This document shows, piece after piece, positions 1-11,448 of a DNA stretch of 64,000 nucleotides. The number at the start of each line of letters is the position of its first letter. Position 1 is the stretch's first letter. The position numbers and the translations under genes were made by a program. The notes under the pieces were generated by a model, which was not told where the DNA came from, did not search any database, and saw only the letters and a list, made by a program, of their open reading frames with translations. This DNA is from Cenococcum geophilum (lineage: Eukaryota): the NCBI GenBank assembly GCA_050273025.1, contig CP158635.1, positions 7,254,001 to 7,318,000 on the forward strand. The letters run 5' to 3'.

Positions 1-851
1 ATAAGCCGTTTCGGCTACAGTAGCTACTACTACTATTGCTGTGGCACGAGACTCTGCGCGAAGTCAGTGCCAGCGAGGTAGCTCGCAGGGTTGTCGCGGG
101 GGACCGTTGCCTGGGCCAAGGGTCTAGCGCCATTAGGTTGGTTAAAGTCTTAATGAGAATAGTAGGACACTCTAGTCCGCCGGCGCTAGGTTGTTAGTGT
201 AGTAGCACTAGGACCGCCTATAAGGTCCATAACCCGCAACTTTTGTATGGCGTTAAGGGTTGATTTGGCACCTATTATCGTATTAAGCACGTAGGCGGAC
301 TTCGCCCTAGGGCATATCTATCGCAACATGTACTACAATGCGTTCCTTTTCTCCCTATATAGCGTCGGGTCGCGATACGCCTATGTAAGGTGTGTGTTTA
401 GGGGTATGCGGTATCCGAATCTAACGTCGGGTCGCGATGTCCTGCGCACGATATGCGTTTAGGGTATGCGGTATCCTAGTCTTAGCATCTGACGTCGGGT
501 CGCGATGTCCTGCGCACGATGCGTTTAGGGTATATAGTATCCTAGTCTCGTTCTCTAACATCGGGTCGCGATGTCCTGCGCATAATATGCGTTTAGGGTA
601 TGCGGTATCCTAGTCTTGGCATCTAACGTTAGGTTGTGATATCCTGCGCACAATATGCGTTTAGGGTATGCGTTATCCTAGTCTCATATAGTATCTGGCA
701 CACTTGCTAGATACTCTGCGTAGAACAATATATAAGCTATTAGTACAGGTTACTACCAGCAGGTCACCAGCGGGTTACTAGCAGGTCATAGACCCCGGTC
801 AAAGGACCCCGGTTGAAGGACCTCGGTCACGGACGGACCTGCTACCTGACA
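1..851 (-). mobile_element. 5' end of a putative LTR retrotransposon (TGTCAGG start, repeat-containing leader, Gln-rich gag-like ORF from ~329 running off the window)
   Basis: Minus strand begins TGTCAGG at 851 and cuts the upstream gag. The frame from ATG 329 reads MLR(Q)ICPRAKSAYVL...SLVPQQ(QQQ)LL with only RIP-type stops. Confidence 0.5.
363..690. repeat. Tandem repeat, 5 units of 62-68 bp
   Basis: CGTCGGGTCGCGATGTCCTGCGCA...GCGTTTAGGGTATGCGGTATCCTAGTCT recurs at 363, 425, 493, 559 and 627. Confidence 0.95.
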
Positions 852-2016
852 GTTAGGCATTATTTATAGCGGTTTACCGCCAGTGTTCTTTGCGGTTACT
901 GCCTGCGTTCTTCTTGCGATGCGTAGGCGTATCGCCAGCGTCTGGGGGGTCCTCTAAGCTATTTGGCTGTTAAGTAGTCTCCCCTGGAGCTTAGTTGGGA
1001 AAGCGTCGCCTTCCTAGGGTTCCGTCCTCTAAACCTAACCCTGCGGAGCCTATGCTACGACCGCGCTTTAAACGCGAGGATCTGCCGCTGCCGGCTGCGC
1101 GGTCTTCCGCGAGCTTTATAGTGTGGAGCAGTTGCTCTATACGGCGGATTTCTGCGAAGAGGTCTTTAGCGGTTCTCACCCGTATAGCGAAGTTCTGGCG
1201 GAAGAGCTCTGCTTATAGGTAGGTTGGGAGGCGTAAGAACTAAAAGTCTACCTCTTAATTAGGGTTAACAAAAGGGGTGTACGAGAAGAGGTCCTCTAAG
1301 CTACGTATACGGGCTAAGAAGGTATCGAACTTCTGGTTCTCCTTTATTACAGTTATATAGTACGTAGTAGCATTTTTAAAGCGTCTTACTGTAGGGTTCT
1401 TAATCTGGTCTTGGACTATAGTCTTAAGTTCGTCCTATAATAGAGGACCTTTATCTTTGGCGCCTAGGCGGCGATACACCAGTTAGGCGACTGTCTTTTC
1501 TTTTGTAAGACCTTCAATGGCCCAGCGCGTACGTCGCTCGCAGTTATAGTTAGCGTTGTAGATCTCGAATCGATTTTTAATTGCAGCAATCCACCGGTCG
1601 AACTTCTGTTAAGTAGTGCCACTAATGTTAGGTGGTGACTTCTTAACCAGGGCGTTAAGATTCGTTCGTTGTATACGTTTAATACGCGACTCGTGCTCGT
1701 CACTAGAGAGGCGACGGGAGGGCTTTATCGAATCAATAATGCTCCGTAAGTTGGCTATTTTATTAGCCAGCTCATCTAGCTCCTTTAGGTCAGTAGTATT
1801 TGGTGGGACGCTAGTAACCTTACTAAGCTCCTGTTAAGCCCAGGTATATAAGTCGAACTAGTCTCTAGCGTTTGTAGATATCTGATTGTCTTGGGATTCG
1901 GAAGGTCGCGTAGATTCTGCTAATGTACTTCTAGCACTAGATCCTGAGGCGTTCTGCAGTCGTGTCGCCAGCGTATCGCCGTCGAGTGTAGGCATCGATC
2001 TTGTCTTCGGAGGCAT
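852..2016 (-). pseudogene. gag: Retrotransposon gag, RIP-inactivated, interrupted at 851
   Basis: ATG at 2016 (MPPKTRSMPT...) is in frame with ORF-track 991..1179. Gag-like motifs KFDRWIAAI..RF and (W)DELKTIV...ENQKFDTFLAR.RSLE. Stops are TAA/TAG at plausible CAA/CAG/TGG codons. Confidence 0.7.
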
Positions 2017-2074
2017 CGTAGATCGTAGAAAATTAAACCGGCTATCCTCCTAAAGGGATTAGTAAGGATTCGAA

Positions 2075-2287
2075 TATAAGGTAAGGATATGGATAGGGAG
2101 TCCAATGATAGAACAATAGGGTATATTGTATAAGTAGAGACGAATCCTTAAGGGAGAAGGAGGAGTCTGAGGTGCGAGGTAAGGGGTTTCCATAGGCACG
2201 TGCAGCGCACGTGCCTCACAGGCGAGTCGCCTGCGGGTCGCCTGTACCTCGCAGCTATATAGCTATCTACTCAGGTTTCACCTGACA
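2075..2287 (-). repeat. Putative 5' LTR (~213 bp) of the gag element
   Basis: Minus strand runs TGTCAGG...CCTTATA (RIP form of ...CA) just upstream of the gag ATG. No partner LTR lies in the window. Confidence 0.55.
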
Positions 2288-2795
2288 GTTTTTTAACTTT
2301 AACGAAATTAATATTAGGACTAAGTAATAGCCGTATTATAAAATTCATACTATTTAGAAGCCCTAAGTCTTAAAAATAATGTATAAACTTTTAGTAATAA
2401 TAACGCGTTATATAAATTAATGAATTAGATATCCGTAATCTCCATTTTACGGATTTTACTTAGAATTTTAACAAATCTCGCCAAACCCTCTTAGACGTGA
2501 TTTTGCAATTCGGAAGACGGCGTAGGTTATTCCGACGCTAGCTAAAAAATCACGTTTAAGCTCGCTAAGGTAACTATCACATATCGGGGGGGCTGATTTG
2601 GCGCGGTTAATACGAGGTTAGGGCCACCCCTGCTGATAACGCGCCCGAACCCCGCACGAGGTCGCGCAGCGATCGCCCCCGAGTACTTTCGCACGCGATT
2701 TTGGGCGAAAAGGTACATAATTTGTGTTAGATCGGTACTTCTAGACGGTCGCGTAATATTGCTCTGAATTTACAACACCTAAACGGGCTCTATTC

Positions 2796-3137
2796 CTATA
2801 TTAAGGCGTCTTAGTTACTATAGTATAGTCCTATATTAAGACGTCTCGGTTACTATAGTATAGTCCTACATTAAGGCGTCTCAGTCAATGTAGTGCAGTC
2901 CTATATTAAGACGTTTCGGTCACTATAGTGCAGTCGTATATTAAGGCGTCTTAGTCACTGCAGTGCAGTCCTATATCGAGACGTCTTAATTACTAGTATA
3001 GTCCTATATCGAGACGTCTTGGTTACTGCAGTGCAGTCGTATATTAAGGCGTCTTGGTCACTGCAGTGTAATTATATATAGAGGCGTCTTAGTCACTATA
3101 GTGCAGTTATATATTAAGGCGTCTTAGTTACTATAGT
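2796..3137. repeat. 35-bp minisatellite, ~10 units, downstream of the Crypton ORF
   Basis: CCTATATTAAGGCGTCTTAGTTACTATAGTATAGT-like unit repeated. Confidence 0.95.
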
Positions 3138-3148
3138 AAAATAACTAT

Positions 3149-5760
3149 TTAGATATTCTTATAAAGCCAATCTAAAGAACGCCGACCTCGTAGCTGTTCT
3201 AGCTGGTCGATAGCCTGTCTCTTATCTCTTACCGTACCGTCTTCTACGCGCCATCTTATATCCTTAATTATCCTACGGCGACAGCTGTAGAATATAGCCT
3301 CGCCGTTAACCCGCCAGCGTGCCCCCTAGCAGCAATTAAGAGCTTTAATCGACGGCCTACCCGCTAGCCCTAAAGTCCACTTAATCTAAAGCTGGAAGAC
3401 CGAATTATCGCCTTAAAGCATTTTATATTTCCTTAGCGGCGCCTATAGGTTAAGAATAAATAGGAGAGATAGTTAAGTATTAGCTTATGCCTGCGCTAGT
3501 AGGGGCGATACGGATATAGTAGATAGCTAAGCGGGCGGTGCGGATATTATAGACGGCTAAGCGGATGGTGCGGATATTATAGACGGCTGAGCGGACGGTG
3601 CGGATATTGTAGACGGCGGCTAAGCGGGCAGTACGGATATTGTAGACGGCTAAGTAGGCGGCGCGGATATAGTAGACGTTATAGTAGACGGCGCGGGCTC
3701 GCCTAAAGGTGGATGTATAGACTCCGTAGGCCCTATCCAGATACCTGTCTTCCCTTGCTAGATCTATATAGGTGCGAATAATGCTAATAACCTTTCTATT
3801 TTGCTAAGGCGTTTTAAGATCATCTATACGCGTAATTAAACCCCCTTTATCTCGGAGATCGCGGCCTTATATCTTAGCTTAGCTACGGCCTTATAGGCAG
3901 GCCAGTATTTCCGCATTATTAGCTTATTTAGCGTAACTACGTTAGCCAGCAAGCTTTCTACCCGTGTAGTGAACCTCCAATACTCCTTATAGCTAAAGAG
4001 GGGGTCCTTCTATAGGGGGTGGAGCGGGAACTGCTTACGTAGGATCACTAAGTCCTGTAATAGGATTACCCTAAGTACGTGGAGGAGGTATAGAAATCCT
4101 AAGCCCGTAAGGTTAAGCCGTATAACCTTATTATCGGCCCTACCTAGGTAGTAGGCCTCTATACGTTTTAGCTAGACGTTAGTCTTAGGCCATATCTTTA
4201 AATAAAGGGCCTCCTCTGGCACCTCCTATGCGTGGGGGAGAAAGTAGCCCTTTTCTTCCTTTAGGAAGCCGGCAATCGACCGCATAAACGCACGGGGTAG
4301 GTAGCTAAGGTAAGCTCCCGTTATTGCGTCCATATTCCAGCATCCGGCCTATCTAATTTAGGTCTCCTTAACGCCGCTAAGCTTAGTATACCAGACGCTC
4401 TATTTGCGGGCGCTATAGGTCTTCTCCTTTAAGTAAATTCCTACCCCCTAGAATATCTTTTTATTCTATTTAAACTGCGTATAATAGCTTAGCGGCCGTT
4501 GCGGTACTTTAATACTGCCAGGGAAGACGTATAGGTTATAGTAGTCCTCTAGCTGCCGAAAGGATAGGAAGCTCTTAGTACTATCTTTACCCTAGCGGTT
4601 AAAGAAGTAAAAGGCTACTATAGAGAGGGGGTAGAGGATAGGGTTAGCGTTCCGTATACAGCCTATATACTTAACCTTACCGTACTAATTCTGCTTCCTT
4701 TATATTATTAACATAATTATACACAGCGCTAACTCGTCTGGTTTAGGCCCTTTGTTCTCTAGTTTAATAAGAATAAGGTTAGTAAGCTAAACGTCTCGTC
4801 TACTTTTACTATAGGTAATGGTAGTATAGCCTAAGGAACGGGTTAGAAAACGGTAGCTATATAGACTGGGTAGGGTATATACAAACCTAATAAATACTTA
4901 GCTGCAGTTTAAAGGTAAGACTTAACTAAACCTAGTATCTTAGAGCCCGTCTCCTAGTACTAAGTAATTGCCTTTTTAAGCCCTTTAACGTTATAGCCAC
5001 TAGTAATTATAAATAGGCCTTAATTAATAAAGTTAACGCGTTAAATCTGGTCCTTGTCGCGGCGGACGCTATCTAGTACTACTAAGAGCTTCGCCCCCTA
5101 TAGCGGCTATAAGGTCTTACCTTCTAACTACCACATATAAAGCTCGGTAATAGTAAAGACGTAGCTATTTATAACTAAGTATTGGACTATCTCGTTGAAT
5201 AGGGCGTCTAGGGCCTCCTCGTCCTATATCTCCCCTTTCTCCTTTATAGCTTCCTCCCCTATACCTGCGGCTGCCCCTATGGCTACCCCTACGGCTAACT
5301 TCCCCTCTAGCTGCCCTGCCCGCTCGACCGTCTTCTACCTCTTCTTTGCCCGCTCGCCATCTTTCTATATCTCCTTCTGTTTTAACTTCCGTTTTTAATA
5401 GCTAGCAGCCTATAATTCTTGGTTAATAACTTGCTGCTCTAAAAATAGGTAAAGCTTATCTTCTGTTACCTAGGCGCCGTCTATATTGCCTTCTAATCTC
5501 GCGTACTAGTCTTCCCACTCTTTCTACTTTGGCTCGTACGCCCTTATAGTATTCTTTAAGCACTAGGCCTTATAAATATTATATAGCCGTACCGTCTGGG
5601 CCTTAAATTCGTTCTGGAGGCTATAGGAGGAGGGGGAGGAGGAGGCTAGGGGGGCTTCCTTTAACTATAAAGTAGACCGTAGGGTAAGAAGATTCTTAAA
5701 AGACTCTATCTCCGTAAGAGGTTAGGGGGAAGACGCGTGAGTGCGGCGTGGGTATAGGTA
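3149..5760 (-). pseudogene. Crypton tyrosine-recombinase transposase (NDC10-II-like core plus C-terminal GCR1_C domain), RIP-inactivated
   Basis: De-RIP translation: KNT.RAYEPKQKEWEDWC...VTEDKL.LFL; SRRDVQL.DL...LENEGP...KQNQHGKVEYMGCMRNADPILCPLS..AFYFFNRW; and C-terminal SVFQLW.EWTLGLAG.PSI.AL...WGARWR....FYS.RRRII...SLDWL.KNI*. Start codon approximate. Confidence 0.9.
3511..3680 (-). repeat. 30-bp coding repeat (PSTISAPSAQ-like) in the Crypton linker
   Basis: CGGATATTRTAGACGGCTRAGCGGRYGGTG with 30-bp period, ~6 units. Confidence 0.85.
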
Positions 5761-6125
5761 AATAAAGCTACTAAACGCGTAAATATTAATAGAGGAGGAG
5801 AAGAAGAGAGCTCTATATTATAGAATTAGAATTATAGTAGGCCGTTCTATATAAAACTAGAAGCCCTACGCGAGCTAGGAGCTAGCGCGGGTATAAGAAT
5901 AGAAAGAGGGTCAAAAAATGGATTGTCGAGGCGACAATAAGGTTAAAGGCACGCGACGAGGTCCTCTATACTAACCTAGTACTAACCTAGGCCTTAAAAA
6001 CGCGTCTAAAAAGTAGGGGCCACCACCAAAAGGGGGGGGTGATATTTGGACGATATGTCGCGGACCTTGGGGAGTCGTGCGTAACCCAAGGTTATGCCAA
6101 GCCTAACCCCGACCTCCGATACCTA

Positions 6126-8595
6126 TGGAAGTCGCTAATATACCTAATTGCACCTTCCTAATTAGGCAGTTTGGCTCACCGCCTACCGGCAGAATATGAA
6201 TTTCAACGCTAGACGCATCAAATTCGTTCTTAAAGCTTTAAATAAAATGCCATATATATATATTTGGTTGATTAATTAATATACTAGCTAATTAGAAGGT
6301 GTTAAGCTCTGCGCTAGCGTAGCTTCCTACCCTATAGAGGCTTAGGAACGTCCTCTACTGGTTAAATATAGCCTTCTCTATATTTAAGTCGCTGCCGCCT
6401 TCCTACCTTCTTTAGAATCTTCTATATAGAGCCTTAGTATAGTAGAGCCTCTGGCGAAGGGTCTACATAAGGCTCTACAGAGCTTAATTTAACGTTAATT
6501 GTCCTACTAGTAGAGGCCTTAATAGAGGCTCTGCCCTTATCTACGGCCCCACTAAATATAGTAGTAGAGTCCTTCTTCCTTACCTACTTCTTTTTTGGAT
6601 TATTAATTGTCTCCCACCTAATATTTATATCCTTCTGGTATTCTTCCTCCTGCTACTACTCCTACTGCGTTTCCTACTACTGCTATTCCTACTACCGCTC
6701 CTACTGCCGCCCCTACTACTACCTAATTTAAGGCTCTATAAAGCTAATTTTAAACGCTGCCTTTTTTATATTCCGGCCCTTTATATCTAGTCGATTCTAG
6801 ATCAATTGCGGCTAAGGAGGAGGAGGAGGTTCAATAGGTGGCAGAGGCTTAAGTGGAGGCTTAAGGAAGGAAGCTTTTAATTAAGTGGGCGGCTAGAGGG
6901 GGTCCCATTTATTGCAACGTCGGCGGCGAAGCTTTAGATCTTAATCGTCGTGTAGAGGTTTTAAATTAATTAAATTATAAGGTAGATAAGGGCCCATTTA
7001 TATAAGCTTTAGAAGCTCTAGCGGCTCGGGCTTTATTAATGGAGGCTCGTTCTCGTCAACTTAATTAAGGCTTAAAAGTACCTACTGTCGCATATAAGCA
7101 ATTATTTAACGGCGATATTGATCTAGCTTCTTAAGCGCCTTCCAATCTTATGCATAGTCAGCAGCGCCTTCGCGATAGTCGTTCCCTCCTCTATAGCGAA
7201 TAACCTCTTAAATATAATGTGGAATTCGCTCAATCCAAGCCTAAATTTACCACTGTTTAAGCTCCTCCCACGCCTTCCGCTAAGCTTGCTTAGCTTCTAC
7301 TCAGTTCCTAGGTACTCCCTTCTTTATAGTAACTTGCTTTAGGTAGTTCCAGCATAGTTCTATTATATTTAAATCCGGTAAATTGCCTGGCTAAAGCAAT
7401 TATTAGAGGCCAGCTGCGTTAAAATAGATCTGCTAGTGCTTTAATACGTAAGTAAGAGCTTTATCTTCTTATATAAGCGTATCTAGACGATTAATCTGGC
7501 ACTTAATAGTAAACGGGATAAGGATTGGAAGGAGAATCTTAGTGAGATAGCGATACCAATTAATACCGCCTTTTTAGAGTTTCGCTTAAAGGCTCCATTC
7601 TCCTTATTTATACGGAAGCTTAGCTTCCTACCTAGCTTATTATAAAGGCCTAGTTATCGTAGGCTAGTGGTAAGCTCCCATGCCTCTTAAAGCTCTAGCT
7701 CTATTGCCTTATTTATTATCTTAAGTTCTAGCTTTAACGCCTTCTTCTTATTTACTGTTTTAGGCCTCCAGATATAGCACGGACCTTTCCGGTTATATAA
7801 GAAACCGCCCTAGAATATAAATTCGTTAGCCTTTATAAATTAAGGACGAATAAACGACTTCTTAACACGTTCCTTAGCTAAGCGCCAGAGCCAATATCTG
7901 CCTTTCCTATAGTGTAGAATAACGCCCGTTTTGTTAGTCCAGATAACATTTTTCTAATCGTTAATTGTCTAATTTTAATACCGGAGGGCGAACTAAAGGC
8001 GAGCTTCTTTTATCGCGGGTAAGAGGCAGGGCTTTTTAGTCGGCTTTATCTTTCTATATCTATGACGTCGTAGAACTCGCCATACGGTTTAGGCTAAATA
8101 GCCGCATTTGGCAGTAATATAGGCGTAAGACTTTTCTCTACCGTATCGATTATAGGTGACTTTTTTAAGGATTCGTTGCTTAAATTCGCGGGTAACTTTA
8201 AGCTTTCTACTAGCCCGAGGAGCGTCAATAATATAGCCGTTAAGAATAAGAGGATTTGTAGTAGGATTCCAGCCGCAATTGAGAGCCTTTTTAATCAGAT
8301 ATTAAAGAGCGCGTCGTTTAATTTAAGTGATATTTTGGATGTGCTCTATTGTAGCTCCCATGGCCTTTATGGCTAGGGCTTACGCCTTAGTCGCGAGCTG
8401 GTAGAAGACCATAATTAGTATAGGGATTCAAAAGCTCCAGAGTTACTTATAGGCTATTTCTATGTGGATAATAGGGCTCTGGTGGCGTTTATCGGTATAA
8501 TAGCGGGGTTAAAGCCGCAGGAGTTATTCTGCCGGTGGGCGGTAAGCCAAACTGCCTAATTAGGAAGGTGCAATTAGGTATATTAGCGACTTCCG
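6126..8595 (-). mobile_element. Tc1/mariner DNA transposon (DD34E), full length, ~72-bp TIRs, TA target
   Basis: TA 6124-6125 followed by (C/T)GGAAGTCGCTAATATACCTAATTGCACCTTCC..., with the inverted copy ending at 8595 and TA at 8596-8597. Confidence 0.95.
6302..8412 (-). pseudogene. Tc1-family DD34E transposase with a long Pro/Gln-rich C-terminal extension
   Basis: ATG at 8412. Motifs (D)RYGREK, VIWT(DE)T, (Q)ED + 34 aa + (W)PGN(S)PDLN(M)IE, and WIERIPH...GGNDYREG. The frame continues into PPPPP and poly-Q. Confidence 0.9.
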
Positions 8596-8597
8596 TA

Positions 8598-8900
8598 AAC
8601 AATAGCTAATTCTTCTAGCTTAGTAAGCTTCCTTAAATTAGCCTCGCAATCACGTCGTAATTTAATTCCATTACGTTGTCGTCTAAGTATACGGTCGTCA
8701 ACGTTATAGGTTACTATAGCGCGTTGCACGCTCTGGAATTAATTCCGCTTGGGAGCTAAGATAGCTAGGGCTACCCTGCCTTCTCTATAAACTGATTTAG
8801 GAACGTTGTGTTAAGGCATAGTAGTTAGAAGCTAGTTGTACGCGTTCTCTTAGTAGGGTGCGGCGCTTGGTTGTATGCGGCGCTCGCTTATATAAAACGT
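8598..8900 (-). mobile_element. Fot1/pogo-type transposon 5' fragment (TIR + N-terminal HTH)
   Basis: TA 8901-8902 followed by ACGT terminus with GCGCCGCA repeats. ORF MP(Q)HNVPK...EGRVALAI.A.KRN(Q)FQSVQRA..TYNV...LRR.R.GI..RRDCEAN(S)RKLTKLEE.AIV. Confidence 0.85.
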
Positions 8901-11448
8901 TATAAGATAATATTAAAGAATATATATAATAAATTATTAGGAAAATTAAAGACCGATTACTAAAATTAATTATAGTTAATTAAATTAAAAAAGAGTAAAT
9001 TATTATATAGTCGTAGCTATAGACCTTTCTAAAGGGTTAGATTTAATATCTATATATTATATAATATAATAATATAGAGTAATTCTAAAATGGCATATAG
9101 CTAGACCATTAAGATTTTTGCTAGTTTATAAACTTTATAAAAACTTATACTTAAGAGATAGATTAAAAGTCCTTTAAAAATAAGGACGGTAGTATTTATA
9201 AAAAGGAGGTAGTTAGGTTTATTTAGGCTAGTAATTTATAATAAAATTAAGCGCGTAGGAGCCCTATTACGGATTACTATATATACCGATTTTAAACGAG
9301 TATGTAACGTGTCTCGCAGTACGTCACCATACAGCTAAAAAGATAGAGAGTAATCGCGAATCTATTGCGGCTCTTGCGAGATCCAATATATATACTCTTA
9401 TAGAGTGGTTCTAAATGCTAAGGATATAGTAAGGGACTAGACCTCTTCTAGTAAAAAGCTAGGGGTTAACTAAAAATATAGGTACTCTAGTAGCAATATA
9501 GAGTAGATCTAGGCTTTAAAGAAGCCATTCTTAAAAAGAACTTTAAAACGGTTAAAATTAGGAGCTTTAAGTAGTGGGAAAGACTTATAGGGCTAATCTA
9601 ATACCTATTTAATACACTTATAGGAATACTCTAAGAAGCGAAAAGGAAACTTCCTTAAAGGCAAATCTTATTAGAAGAATAAGTAGGGCAAAGCCGTACT
9701 AATAATCTAAAAAAGAAAAGCCCTAGTTATGGATATCTCTTAGCTATAGCTAGGGCAAGAAATAAAAGGGAAGACCCTTTATATTACTATTTAGCTAGAA
9801 ATAATACTCTCTATAAGCGAGATATATTAGTTTTAAGTACTATATAATAGCGGCGCTAAAATTAATCTTATAAGATATAATTTAGTAAAAGAGTATAAAC
9901 TTATCCCGTTATTAAAGTGGCGGAAACCTATTATAGGCTTCCTAGATAAGTATTAGATTAAACTATATAGTGCCTATAAGCTTATAGTATTAGTGGCTGA
10001 TATATATAACTATACTAAGGTAGTTAGCTTATAACCCTTTTAGGCGGCTAACTTTCTAAGCAGCTAACTTTATTTTTAGATACCCTTAGCTTATAGAAGT
10101 AGGTTTTTAAATATATTTTAAGATAGGAGCCTATAAATAGTAAAACGATAGAGAATTAAAAGGGTGTATATTACTGATAAACTTAGAATATATCTTAAAA
10201 GATATAGCTCTAGGTAAAATAGTATACACTTTATACCTAAAAGAGTATTAAATCCAACCCCTACTTTATAGTAAGATAGGTATAAAGCCTAGTATAGATA
10301 ATAACCCTTCTATAATAGATACTATAGGGAACTACTAGATAGGCTATAGAGATCTTATAGGGAGGTAGTGATTTTAAAGATCTTATAAGATACTTCTATT
10401 ATTATAGTTACTCTAGCTTAAGCAATATATAGAGAATATACTACGGTACCTTAAACCCTATACTAAAGAATCCACTACCCTTTACTAGCTACTATATACA
10501 ACTATTTAATTTATAGTAGTAACTATATATAAGTAACCACTATAGCGTATAACGCTTCCTATAAATATCTTAAGGGAACTTTAGGACCTACCTAATAATA
10601 ATATAAAGGATAAACGCAACCATAATTTATTAAATATTCTATTAGGCCTAAGGGACTTACTAAGGGTAGTTTTAGATAGGTAAGCTAAAGTCCTTCTATA
10701 GAACTTAGAACATAATTATATAATTAATTTAAAAGAAGGTAAATAACCGCTAAACCTTTTTATCTATAAACCTCTCTTATAAAGAGCTTAAAATCCTACA
10801 GAAGTACCTTAATAGTTTATTAAAAAAGGAATAAATATAGCCTAATAAGTTACTAGTAAGCGTACTAACTCTTTATCCTAAAACTAGATAGAACTATAAG
10901 GCTATATATAGACTATTATAGTCTTAATAAAATTATAATTAAGAACTATTACCTACTATTACCAGCTAGCAAAATACTAAATTAACTATTTAGGGCGAAG
11001 GTCTTTATAAAGCTAGATCTATAAGATACCTACTATAAGCTCTATATTAAAGAAGGGGATAGGTTAAACCCACTTTTAAAACCTAATACGGCTACTTTAA
11101 GTATTTAGTAATACCTTTTAGGCTAGCTAATATACCTATAATATTTTAATTATATATTTATAGGACCTTAAGGGGACTAGTTAATTGCATATATATTATT
11201 TATTTAGATAATATTCTAATCTAATTAAAAGATAAGGATTAGTATAAATAGCACCTTTGTAAAGTACTAGAACGTTTAAATAAGTAGGGTCTTTACGCTA
11301 AGTATAAGGTATATTACTAGGGTATATAGTAGAAAGTAGGCAAGCCGAGTATAAGTTATAAGGAGAGTCAATAGAAGAGGACGATATGGTAAAGAGTATA
11401 GCAATAGCCTTGTACGGAGACGAATCGATAAGGAGGGAAAGGGCTGTA

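Noticed and set aside
198..851. Solo LTR with GTTAG TSD (193-197, 852-856)
   Set aside because: The terminal inverted match is poor and a protein-like frame from ATG 329 runs through 198, so this is probably chance. Not fully excluded.
3149..5760. Starship captain (DUF3435)
   Set aside because: Motifs and the GCR1_C tail indicate a Crypton.
995..8376. Plus-strand short ORFs (995, 1616, 5195, 8176)
   Set aside because: Antisense shadows of the minus-strand gag, Crypton and Tc1 frames.
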